A stretch of DNA of 64,000 bases from Lama glama (taxonomy: Eukaryota): NCBI GenBank assembly GCA_028534125.1, contig CM052817.1, positions 5,706,001-5,770,000 on the forward strand, in the 5' to 3' direction. The first letter of the stretch is position 1. Each line of letters begins with the position of its first letter. This document shows positions 52,372-64,000 of the stretch, piece after piece. The position numbers were made by a program, and so were the translations under genes. The notes beneath the pieces were generated by a model. That model was not told the origin of the DNA, did not search any database, and worked only from the letters and a program-made list of their open reading frames with translations.

Positions 52372-53734
52372 CTTTAGGGCAGGGAAAAAAAAAAAAGAAG
52401 GCAGGAAAGTCAGTGAGAGGTATGTATTTCCCCAATTAAATTCAGGTACTTGGTAGTCGATGAGATTTGCTACTAAATCCAGAGTCACAAGGTGGAGGTA
52501 TGTGGTGTAGCCAATCACTTATTTTCTGCCTTCTCCCACATTTCCGCCTCTCCATTACTAACAGAACTCCTATGTTACTAGGAGTAACATGTGCTCAGCT
52601 AAGTGTGGCAATGAGATATGAACAGAAATGTTGGTGGGGCTTCTAGGAATCCTCCTTAAAAGGAACTTTTCTTCAAGGAGTTGTGATCCCATTTTTACTC
52701 TTCTGCCTTTCTGCTGTCAGGATGGTGAATGTGATGGCTGGAGCTTCAGCAGCCCTGTTGGGACACTAGGTGACCTCAAGACAGCATTGCTTTTAGTTTT
52801 CACAGTAACTTTGTGAGAATTAGAAATGGTCCCTTATCCAAAGACACTTTACTGTCATCCATTGGAAAATTGTCATAATAAATCTGTAACGGGTACAATG
52901 TGAATGAAGCTCCTGAGAGTTATGCAACACACAAGCTGCATAACTATATATAGAACCCTTATGAGACGGAAGCCACCTGTTCAGATGCTGGAGCAGGAAG
53001 TTAGAAGGAACCTGTGTCCTTATTCACTAGAGTGATTTTATAATTCATTACCCAAACCTGGGTACTTTGGAGAGTGTAAATAATTATTCCAGGACAGCAG
53101 GCATAAATTGGGCCTCCCCTCAGCAAACCAGAGTATGCGGTCCTAGGGCTGCTGTGCCGGCCCTCCCAATTTCCTTCATGTGAGAGAGGGCCTACATTGT
53201 TTATGCTCACAGGGCATCAGACAATCACTGATTTGGAGTTTGGAGACCTGGCTCCATCTTGAATTACCTGTGTGACCTCAGGCAATTCTCTCTGCCCCCC
53301 TGAGATTCCTTCTCCTCCGAGATCAAAAGAGGATAGTCACACCCTTCCTGGGAGATGTCAGGAATTGGGTAAGGATTGTCACTGTTCGTTATTTAATTCA
53401 AGTTTTGGATCAGAAAGCTAGACAGAAATCATTTGTGTTCTCCCAAACCCAGCCATTTCATTGAAAAGCAAGAGTTTGCTGAATGACAGAAAATCATGCC
53501 GTCCTGATACATGAAATCTGATGGATGAGGACACTGGCTTCCTTGAAGGGCCTTGGAAACACCTGTAAACTGACCATTGTTAAGCAGAAACATCAGAGCT
53601 TATTGCTTGTGGCTCGTCAGGCTCGACTCTACTGAGCATGCTCTCTGCATTTGGCTCTTTGTATTTGGAGAAAGCTCTTGTTTCTACGGATTTGTCTTTT
53701 TACCAGGCTTTGTTTGGCAAAACTTTTTCACACA

Positions 53735-54230
53735 CTGGGGGAGAAGATATAATTTAGGACCTACTCATATCTACAGACAGTTCTGCCAACTAAGATCACT
53801 CGCCATCCACACAAGGTCATTAGCCACTGCGGTCACTGACCTTTAACACACCCTGGAAGGAGCTCAGGGGGAGGTCAGGAATGAGGCCCTCTGCGCTCTG
53901 GGAAAAACTGGAAGAACAGTCCTTCAGACAGTTAAGATGTTTTCAAGAGATTTTATGAACCCAATTTCTTGCTTCTCCTCATATCTAGAAAAGCACTAAA
54001 ACCATTAACAGATACACCTGTTCTTGTGACTAGCAGCAACCTCCTACGGAGGTGTGTTTGATTGCACATACCTCATTCACCAAAATCGTATAGATACTGA
54101 CCTCCCCTGCTCCCTCTTTGGAGCAGTTCCTCAGAGGTATCTGAGAGGCTGTCTCCCGGGCTATAGTTCTCAGTAAGTCCCTGTCAGACTGAACTCACAG
54201 CTCCCGTGCTGTGCATTTTTTTTCCAGTTT
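53735..54230 (+). mobile_element. ERV LTR (ERV1-like)
   Basis: LTR-type text: ctcctcatatctagaaaagcactaaaa, tctttggagcagttcctcagaggtatctgagaggctgtctcccgggctatagttctcagtaag; family and ends uncertain. Confidence 0.6.
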
Positions 54231-57200
54231 GTTTTTGAGTGAATTAGTAATCCTTCCTAAAATTATAGGCACACCTGAAGACTTCAGTAAAAACCACTGC
54301 ACAAATTTCTCTGAGCTTGTGGGCACTGACGCATCTGGTGGCAAAAATGGGTTTTAATGTTCACGTAAATAAAGACCCTCCTGCTTGTGTCTGCCTGTCA
54401 TTTGTGTGAGCTGATCAATTAGAATTTTAGGCTCTATCTTTGCTGTCACATCCACAGAGTGCAGAAGTGGTTCCTGATAAATCCGTTTATTACTATGGCT
54501 CTCAGGGCTGTGACAGAAGCTACAATTATTCCCCAAAGCCTCAGTCTCTACTGAATTTGCTTAGATGACCTCCTCTACTTTTGAAGGTAACTGTGGTCCC
54601 CAGCACATCTTCAGGGTCAGATCAGAGGAGTTTAAATGCCTTTCTTAATCTTTGCCCACATTTGTTGATTTTCAACAGCCAACAGTCTCTGTGGCCCTTT
54701 TCACCCCCACACAGGGGGCCCTGACATTTGTGTTATTCTCAGCCTGGGCTCTGAACCCCACACCCTGACCTTTTCATCTTCTAGGGGCTTTCAGCCTCTG
54801 ATCCCTGCAATATGGGTTTTCTGTGCAAGCTACGTGCTGTCCTCCCACGCCGTGCTCCTTCCTGCTCCTCATCCCCTCTCCGGGCCCCTTTCTTCCCTGC
54901 TTCCCTGGGTTTAAATGCTAGCAAGGAGAGTCACTGAGCATAACATCACATGCTCAGAGGGACAGTTATAAGTGGATCTCCACTCATATGGCACTTAATG
55001 CATTTCTGCATCGATAAGCAGAAATTGGCCCTTTGGACCCTCTTTCCCATCTGGGGCCTGCAGGCAGGACCTGGTGAACTGGCCCTGTCCCCGGGGGAAG
55101 GCCTGCATGTCACAGAAGCTGCCGGTCTCATTCTGCTGGTCCCACGAGTCACTCTCCCCTCTCTCCCTGCATCATCTTACAGAGCAGGAAGGTAACTGCC
55201 TCTGCTCCCACTGAGGCCTATTTGATCGGGCAGTTTGAGGGCATCATACAACATGGAGTCACCAAGGAGTGGGGAGCGTGTGTTGAAGTGGACCCTCCTG
55301 TAGACCATGATTTGTGTTGACCTCATCCCAACAAGATCGTGCTCTTTCTGGCTGCCTGACAGTCTCTGCCTACTGAGGCAGACCCTGGAGCGGATGGAGC
55401 AGCAATTCTGGGAGGCCCGCAAGCTGGGATTTCAGTCCCAGCGCTGCCTCTCTTGACCTGTGGGTCTGGAGGCAAGTGATTTCATGTCTCTGAATCTCTG
55501 TCTCTGAAAGAAGGTAATCATGCTCCGTCTTTCAGGGTTGTTATGAAAGTTTTTTAAATGATGAAGTGAAGCATTTTTTTCTCTAACTGATGCATAACAA
55601 ATAGTGGGTATGGTTCTGGAGGATTCCTGTCTCTGTCGAGATGGGACTGCTCCTTGGCAAAGGAGAACGTGGGGCAGTCGTGGGCACACCGAGGGAGGAT
55701 GCACTCCGCACCTGCCTCAGCCGGGCCTCCTCCCCATGGGACGGACCTTTGAGGGACTTTACAGGGGCCGGTGGGAGGGGTGCACACGGAAAGGATTTGG
55801 GCTCCTTGACTCCTTGCCTCTAATGCCCTAAGCCCTCGTTCTTTACTCAGCACATGTGTTCTAGAGACAAAGTGCAGCACGCATAATCATTTTCACCTCT
55901 CAACAGCGTGGGAAGCATGTTGCCTGAGGATCAGAGAGACTACACACAGTGCATAAAGCAAGAACAGGGCTGACACCCAGGCCTGTTTGCTTCCCGCACC
56001 GCGTTCTTCCCGCTGCACGGGCTGTGCTGGGCTCTGAGCCCAGCTTACTGACTTGAGATTCTCCTCTAGCCACGGTTACTCCCCGACTCCCTTATATACC
56101 CGTGGCCTTGACTGCCCCACGGGAAAGGATAACTACGGGCTGGGAGGGAACAGAGTGCATCATGGGAAAGGATAACGGGGCTGCAGCAGAGAAAAGCAAG
56201 CCCTCCTCCACGAGGCAGGGGCTTCACTTTCTGACAGTCCCTGAAAGCCCGGACCCTGTTCCCCAGCAGAGCTGCTTCATCCAGAGCCCTGCACCAATGT
56301 CACTCCTCACTCTCGTCAGGCCTTGATTCAGCCTGACAGTGGAGGTGGAGGACTGGGCTGGTTGTCCCTGCCGCTCTCCGTGAGGCCAACTGAGGCCTGG
56401 CCTCGGCAGCCTGCCTCCTGTCTGCAAAACAGGACCCACAAACCATTGCAGGCCTCCTCCAGGGCAAGCGGGCCTGTGACTGAGCCCCCAGTGGGGCTGA
56501 ACTCCAGGGTCAGGGCAACTTAAAATTGGAAGTCCCTTCCTCATGAACTTTGGAAATAGGGGAGGCCATGAGTGGACACGCTGGCTTGACTCCCAGCAGT
56601 AGCTACCAGCAGAGTGAATGTGGCGGGGCCTCAGCCTCCCGGCCCCACTTCGCATCCTTCAAGTGCTGTGAGCACTAAGTCACGTGAGGCATCTAGAGGG
56701 CCTGGCTCTCTGTGCTCAGTGAAGGGTAGCTCCCTTCTCTGCCCCTCTTTTTCTTCATGAAAATCCAGAAAGATACAAAGTAAGGGATCAAATTTTAAGA
56801 GTGGCCAGAAAACTCTAGCTTTTAAAAGATTTTCTAAGTGGTTGAGTCACCTGGTCTTGCTCCTCCTCTTACATAAGAAGATCACCTCACCCTGCCAGCC
56901 CTTATCCAGCTGGTACCACCTTTCTCATCTCCTTTGAGTCATGTCCCCATTTTTCATGTCAGGGATTGAGATCAAATAGTTAAATGTTCCCCAGGGTTAC
57001 ACAGCTAGGAGGTCGTAGGAGGTGGGCTGGAACCAGGCATCCGGTGGTCTCAGGGCAGATACTAGCTTTGTCTTACGTCTATTAATAGGATTATTTAGTA
57101 CCAACTATGCAGCTGGCCCTGTGCTGAGGGATTTATACACATCCTTTCTCTGACTTCACAACCATCATGTGAGGTGGGTACCACTTTACTTCTGGGGAAA

Positions 57201-58211
57201 CTGAGGCACGGAGCAGTTATACAACTTATCCCCTAAACCGAAAGTTCAATGCTGAGAGTTGAACATAGACAGTGGCCTCCAGGACTTCTGCTTTTGACCA
57301 CATGCTGCGGTGGCCACACAGAGGGTCCCCATTTTAGCATTCTCTCCACCCATGGGGACAGAGCAAGTTCATTCAGAAAATGGTCTCAGTTATTAGGGTA
57401 ACAGAACATTTGATTCTCCTAATTTGGGTCAGGAAGGTATTTGGGAAGAAAATTCAAAATGAATGCTATTTATAGTGCTTCTGAACTTCTGATGAGAAGT
57501 TTTGTGCAGAACATGATTTGGGCTTCCGAATTCCCAGTGATCCTTACACAAAGGAGACGGACCCTCATATGGTTCCAGGCTGGCCAAGGGGGAAGGTGCC
57601 ATATTTTCACTACAAACCTACCTGAGGCTTTCCTGTCTCCCACGCTCCCTCCCTTCTGCCAGCCTTGTTCCTTTTCCATTTGATTGATTGTTTACAGAAA
57701 ATGCAGGATGTCTGGTACTCTGCTAGGCACGGGGGTTACAGCAGGGAACACCACACACATCCTCGCCCTCCCAGATCTAGTCCAGGAGGAGGTAAAGAGT
57801 TCGAAGACCACGCCAGCTCCGTAGGAACGTGATGCTCGGACCCTCACCGAGTGGACAAACACGGCAGCAGTAAAAGGCCTCCGAGTGTCTAGAGAGGGGT
57901 CACCAGGCCCCTGCAGCTTGTGCTCAGCCTGCGCTCTGAGCCTCTCCACTCTTGCTTTACAACTATTTTTGACAAGCTTGGCTATCATCTTTCCCAGCCA
58001 AGGTGCCTATTGGAAGCAGTAAAGTTTGAAAGTGGGTGGCATCGAGGGAGAAGAAAACAATGCTAGGAACAGGCTTGCTGAGAGCGGCCGGGAGGAAGGG
58101 AGACATCACAGAAGCTCAGAAGTTACCGTCTGAGACGGTCCACGTACACAAGCCCAGACGGCACAAGCTCATGGCAGCTCTACTGAAAAAGGAGTACGAT
58201 CGTCCCCATTT

Positions 58212-58347
58212 TCCTTTCTTTCTTTTTAAATTTGGCAGGGCAGTAATTGGGTTTTATTTATTTATTTTATTTAAATGGAGGCACTAGGGATTGAACCCAG
58301 GACCTGCATGCTAAGCACGTGCTCTACCACTGAGCTGTGCCTTCCCC
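58212..58347 (-). mobile_element. tRNA-derived SINE, camelid Vic-1-like, inserted into a MIR
   Basis: Reverse complement ggggaaggcacagctcagtggtagagcacgtgcttagcatgcaggtcctgggttcaatccctagtgcctcc (A box, B box GTTCAATC) plus an (AAAT)n tail. Confidence 0.85.
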
Positions 58348-59020
58348 ACATCTCTGTTTTTCATAACAGGAAACTGAGGTCTGGAGAAGTCGGTATGATT
58401 GGCCTCCTTTGTTCAAGAGGGAAGGACTGCAGAAGAAGGACGGGCATCCCATGGTAGATGAGAGTACCACCATCATCCTTGACATTCCAGAAGACTCAAG
58501 AAGGTTCAAGGAAACGAGGGCTTCCTTGCATCAGTTTTGGCAGTTGGTCCAGTTTTCAACCCAGGGACTTGGTAGAAACAGCGCCCTCCATGCCCCCTGT
58601 TCTTCTCACCTCCTACTCCTTTCTGCCCCAAACATTCCGGCGCCTGCCCTGCGTCAGGGGCTGCTGGAGACCCAGGGACCATGAGAGGGGCCTCCACCCT
58701 TGAGGATGGTTAGGATGAGGAAGCAGCCTAGGAGAGACAACATTTGCACAAAGTCTGGTTTTTATGCAAAGGACAAATTGCTCAGGAGGAAGGCAGCTGC
58801 ATAAAATAAGCAATTTTAAGTGACAGGTCTAATTTTAGAGAAGAGAATTTGAAAGCTATTGTGAGAAGAAGGGGAAAAAACAATCCGACACTGAAAAGGA
58901 ATTGAGAAATAACTCAGCATTGTTAAATCCAACTTTCACTTGACTTCTAAAGTGTGCGAAAGCCATTCATTGACTCTTAAGGCAAAAATGTTCTGAACAA
59001 GATTTAAGGCGTGTTTAATA

Positions 59021-59222
59021 TAGCAGTTCTCAACTGGGGGCAATTTTGCCCCCAGCGGACATTTGATAATGTCTAGAGACATTTTGGTTGTTATATTTAG
59101 TGTTATCTAGTGGCTAGAGGCCAGGTAAGCTGCAAAACATCCTACAGTGTATAGGACAGCTCCCATGACAGTACGTTTTTCTAGCCCCAAATGTGCATAG
59201 TGACAAGGCTGAGAAACGCTGG
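59021..59222. mobile_element. MER20 hAT DNA transposon
   Basis: gttctcaactgggggcaattttgccccc...ggacatttgataatgtctagagacattttggttgt...aaggctgagaaacgctg. Confidence 0.85.
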
Positions 59223-60164
59223 TTCAGTACAAGGTATATGGTCTTAGAGATGGGCTGGCCAACCTGGCAGGGCACCTGGTGCCAGGACGTGTGAGTCTGA
59301 CAGCACTGGCACTGCCCACTGTGACCTTGAGCAAGTCCTTGGCCCTCTGTAAGCCAGTTTCTTTATCTAGAAAAGGCGGACGATACCACCTACCCTGCAG
59401 GACATCTGGGGCCAGAATAAGATGATGAATGGAGATGCCGAGCAGTATTTACAACTGCCTTAACCCCAGGCTATGTCCCCCAATAATTTCTGCTAAAACT
59501 AAGGTGACAAAGCAAGTTTTAAAGGGCATTTCAAGTTTTTCATCTGTGAAAGATAGCACTTTTCTTTGGTCTCATGAATCATTTGGATTAAAAGGTAGCG
59601 GGGGCAGGGAGGGAGCGTGGACTGCAGCACAGCACAACTGGGCTCTGGTGCTGGGATTTGCTGCTAACCAGTGTTTGTCCTTTTGTATGTAAGATGGAAG
59701 TAAGATTTGTCCCCTTGGCTGTCTCAGGGTGACCTGGGGACTCAGCCCAGTGACACAAATGAGGATGCTCTGAGGGGTCCCTGGAGACCCTCCCTGCTCA
59801 GAGCTTAAGCACCCAGATCTTGTGGCCAAATGGCTGGGGCTAGAATCCCCTTTCAACCTTTCCTAGCTGTGTGACCTAGGGAAAGCCTCTCAATGTCTCT
59901 GTGCCTATCAGTGGTGCCCAGCTCACAGGGCCACGGTGGAGGCAGCTCTCGGCTCATATGAAGTGCTAAATAAGCGTGCACTTGATTGTTATTACAGCTG
60001 AACAGACAGAGGCTGGGTGAGGGAAAGTAACTGACCCAGTTTTCAAGTGCAGGTTTGTGGTCACAGTGAGACAGAAAGCCAGGTCTTCAGATCTTGGTCC
60101 TAAGGGCTTTGCTCTATGCCATGTCAAGTCCCATGCCGAGCTGGAAGTATTACTCCTGACTTAA

Positions 60165-62400
60165 AGATTAAAAACAATCATCAACAAACTAAGGATAGAA
60201 GGAAATTACCTCAATGTAATAAAGGGCATACATGATAAGCTCACATCACACTCAATGGTGAAAAACTGAAAGCTATCCCTCTAAGGTCAGGAACAAGGCA
60301 AGAATGCCCACTCTTGCCATTTTTAGAAGTCCTAGCCAGAGCGATCAGGCAAGAAAAAGAAAGAAAAGACATCCAAATCAGAAAAGAACAGTAAAATTAG
60401 CACTCTTTGCAAATGATATGCTCTTATAGGTAGAAGACCTTAAGACACCCCCACCACACACACACACACACACAGAATGTAAGAACTAATAAAGAAATTC
60501 AGTGAAGTTTCAGAATACAACATCATCATACAAAAATCAGTTGCGTTTCTATGTACTAACAATAAATCATCCAAAAAAGAAATTAAGAAAACAATCTTAT
60601 TTTAATTAATATCAAAAATAATAAAATACTTGGGAATAAAGTTAACTATCCAGGTGAAAGACTTTTACACCAAAAACTACAGAACACTGATGAAAGAAAT
60701 TAAAGACAAAAATAAATGGAAAGATGTTCCATGTTCATGTATTAGAAGACAATATATTTAAAGTGCATACTACCCAAAGTAATCTACACATTCAATGCAA
60801 TCCCTATAAAAATCCCAATGGCATATTTTATACAAATAGAAAAAAAATCCTACAATTTATATGGAACCACAGAAGACCATGAAGACCAAACCAATCTTGA
60901 AAAAAAGAAAAACTAGAGGCATCACACTTCCTGATTTCAAATATACTACAAAGCCACAGTAATTAAAACAGTATGGCACTGGCATAAAGGCAGACATATA
61001 GGCCAATGCAACAGAAGAGAGAGCCCAGAAATAACCCATGCATATATGGTCACTCAGTCACTGACAAGGGTGCCAAGAATATTCAATATGGAACAGATAG
61101 TCTTTTTGACAAACAGTAGTGGAAAAACTGGATATCCATACACAATAGAGTGAAATTGGACCCCTGTCTTCATTCAAAATGGATTAAAGATTTAAACGTA
61201 ATACCTGGAACAGTAAAACCTCTAGAAGAAAATACAGGGGGAAAACTTCATAACGCTGGTCTTGGCAATGATTTTTTGGGTATGAAACGAAAAGCAAAAT
61301 TAGACAAGTGGGACTCCATCAGACAAAAAGCTTTTGCACAGCAAAGGAAATCATCAACAGAGTGCAAATGCAACCTAGAATGGGAGAAAATATTAGTAAA
61401 CCATGTATATCCAGTAAGGGGTTAATATCCAAAATATATAAGGAACTCCTACATGTCAATAGCAAACAAATAAACAAAAATAAAACAACAACAAAATCCA
61501 CTCCCTCCCCCCCAAATCTGCCAAATAGCCCTGTTAGCAAAAGGGCAATGGACTTGAATAGACATTTCCCTAAAGAAAACACACATAACTCCAACAGGCA
61601 TGTGAAAACAGGCTCTGCAGCATCAGTCATCAGAGCAATGCGGGTCAAAAGCACGAGGTATCGCCTCCCACCTGCTGGGATGGTATTACTATGACTACTG
61701 CTGCTACTGCTGCCGCTTCTGCTACTACTAACAGTAAGTGCTGGGGAGGCTGTGGAGAACCCGGCAGCCCAGCCTAGCGCACTGCTGGTGGGAATGTGAA
61801 CTTGCGCAGCCACATGGAAAACAGTACGGAGGTTCTTCAAAAAGCTAAAAGTAGAACTACCATATGATCCAGCAATTCCACTCCTGGGTATTTATTCTAA
61901 AGAGTTGAAAGCAGGATCTTGAAGAGATATTAGCACCCCCGTGTTCAGCACGGCACTATTCATAGCCAAGATGTAGAAATAACCTAAACGTTCGCTGATG
62001 GATGGAAGGATAAAGAAAATGTGGTATATACATATCATGGAATATTATTCAGCCTTTAAAAAGAGAAGGAAGTCTTGCATCATGTGATGACATGGCTGAA
62101 CCTGGAGGACCTTATGCCTCATGAACTAAGCCGGTCACAGAGGACAAATACTGCATGGTTCCCATTATACGGCATGTCTAAAATAGTCAAACTCATAGAA
62201 GTAGAGAGCTGGACAGTGGTTGCCAGGGGCTGGGGGAGGGGAAAAGTGGTGTTGCTAACCAAGATGTAAAGTTTCAGTTAAGCAGGATGAACAAGCTCTA
62301 GAGATGCGCACAGTATGGTGCCTACATTAACAATACTGACTTGTGCCTGTACATATTTGTTAGAAGGGTACATCTCATGTGACATGTTCTCAGGACGGTA
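60165..62400 (+). mobile_element. Old L1M (L1MA/MB-like) ORF2 3' half plus 3'UTR, degraded
   Basis: Broken ORF2 peptides (SKWIKDLNV, SFCTAKEIINRV, GLISKIYKELL) and 3'UTR text (gaactaccatatgatccagcaattccactcctggg). Contains (CA)n at ~60455 and (CTA/CTG)n at ~61690. Confidence 0.88.
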
Positions 62401-63860
62401 AGACAAGGGATGGAAAGCAGTCAGTGTGAGGAGGGGGAATGCTCCAGGGCTGAGATGTCAGCGCTGCTGGCTCTGGGAGGATTTTTTTTTTTTTTTGGTC
62501 TATGCTTATGCAGTGGGGCTTACAAATATCCCCCAGTGGAATTTATAAAGTTACACAGCGTGTGCAAGTCAGAAAATTATGTCCCAGCAGAGGAGAGAAT
62601 TCTGTTTAGAAATGTCATCGTTCTCAATCTAAATGTCTCATTAAATACAGATTCCATATGTGGTTTTATGATTCCAAGTGTTAACTTTAAGAAACGGATA
62701 CATTCTTCCTCTGCTTTCTCAGAACAGGGAAGGTGGATTGTCTAGTACGATCCTGGTCTTGTAACGAGGAGGAAACAAGAGGACTAGTCCAAGGTCACGC
62801 TGTTAACCAGACCAAGGAAAAGGTTAAACAAGTAAGGAGCGAGATGATTTCATTTCATCTCAATGTTTCCAAAAAGAGAATTCCAACAAATCAGGAGTTG
62901 TTGAAATGAGGCAGACATTGTGGTTGTCACTTTCTGTGCTGTTGTCTTTCTCTCTCCAGAAAGGAGCTACTCCCCTTTCACGTCATCTCCCCTCTACACC
63001 CACAGACCCTCCCTGTCAACTTTTGGGGGACCCCAGGCTCATAAACGTGGAGGAGCTATTTTATCTGGGCCGCTTCAGAATTTCCCTTCTCCCTCCTTCT
63101 GGGTCCAGGCACGTGTGTCCTGGGCTACATAAGTGACTCAGTGTGTGCGCGCGTGTGTGTGTGGATGCTTCAGTCCCACAGCCTCCCTGCTAAGTGGCTG
63201 GCCAGCTGGCTTGCACACTTTCATGAGTGGGGAACCTGCCGCCCCGGGAGGCAATCCACTGCTTTCCAGACCCAACAATAACAATAGAGATCCGAGTCTG
63301 CCTCCTCAGCCCTCGAAGTCCTGAAGTCTGCCCCCTGGGGCCCCCGGGAGAGATGGGCGGCTGTTTCCATCAGAGAGTCAGGGACCTCACTGCACACCCC
63401 TCTTCTGGTTTCCCTGCCCACATCAACTCAGGCCCCAGGAAACTTTTCCTTTAAAGCCTTGAGATTTTCTCAGGCCAGCTCGCACGCTGAAGCCAGCCCA
63501 GCCAAGAGTACTTTAACTGAGATCATCTCAGTGTTGCTCACTGTGACTTCCTAATGCCCATTTTATTGAGAAATATGACTTGTAAATATTTCTGGGGATA
63601 AGCAGTTGGAATGAACGGGGGGCATTTATTAAGGGGTAGTTCTGGGCTGGCTGCTTCATGGAACACCTTGCACGGATCATTTCTTTCAATATTACGTTAT
63701 CCCACTTTACAGACACAGAAACTGAAGATCAGGCTGTGTTTTCCCAAAGGCACGGAGCCACTGGAGGTGGCAGAGCTGGGACTGGAACCCGGGCGTCCAG
63801 GGCCCAAGACCCAAACCAGCCCCCTCCCTCTGGTTCCTCCGTTGGTGCGGGGATGCTCAC

Positions 63861-64000
63861 CGCATCGAGATAGCGGAGCTGGTAGCAGGCCCTGGTGGTG
63901 ACCACGGTGATGACCTGCCAGGGGACGAAGGGACTCCTGAGCAGCTCCAGCGTGGCACCAGGCGGATGCTCCTCTGCACATGGCTCTCCTCCAGGACCAC
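63861..64000 (-). pseudogene. SLC2A9: SLC2A9 exon ~7 (3' part, cut by window edge) with a 1-bp deletion
   Basis: Minus strand reads [15 protein letters not shown](CC)[31 protein letters not shown]|gtgagc, versus human [47 protein letters not shown]. One base is missing between 63956 and 63955. Donor GT at 63860-63859. Confidence 0.92.

Larger units (their letters stand above)
15823..64000 (-). pseudogene. SLC2A9: SLC2A9 (GLUT9) locus, 3' portion (exons equivalent to human 7-11), apparently inactivated; extends beyond the right edge of the window
   Basis: Five minus-strand segments bounded by AG/GT translate to consecutive GLUT9 peptides in the correct order and phase. They carry 3 single-base deletions and 1 in-frame TAG relative to the recalled human CDS. 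Confidence 0.9.

Noticed and set aside
58275..58347. Possible tRNA gene (A and B boxes)
   Set aside because: It has a degenerate tRNA-like head with an AT-rich tail and a second dispersed copy, which indicates a SINE.
1..64000. Prokaryotic systems (CRISPR array, operon, defence island)
   Set aside because: The window is mammalian intron/exon DNA with no regularly spaced repeat-spacer array and no gene-dense ORFs.

Overview
Mammalian genomic DNA, most likely a camelid (alpaca, llama or camel), judged from two Vic-1-type tRNA-derived SINEs and camelid-type L1 3' ends. It is not prokaryotic. The window covers the 3' half of the urate/hexose transporter gene SLC2A9 (GLUT9) on the minus strand. 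Five exons are visible, equivalent to human exons 7-11: 63861-64000 (partial), 52262-52371, 39961-40062, 38506-38581 and 15823-15949. All nine visible splice sites are canonical AG/GT, but the coding sequence looks broken. It carries three separate 1-bp deletions (exons 7, 8, 11), one TGG>TAG nonsense codon (exon 10) and radical changes in conserved GLUT motifs (QLCGLNA>QLRYLDA; NWLSNF>SWLSSF). I could not find the terminal coding exon in the remaining 15.8 kb. This points to a decayed (pseudogenised) GLUT9. The three deletions sum to -3, so the predicted spliced sequence reads without a stop across all five exons, bypasses the TAG and returns to the GLUT9 frame after a 134-codon frameshifted segment. 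The rest is intronic or flanking DNA with L1, MIR, MaLR/ERV LTRs, hAT MERs, microsatellites and one 500-N gap. Human reference sequences, exon sizes, residue numbers and repeat family names are from memory, not from a search.
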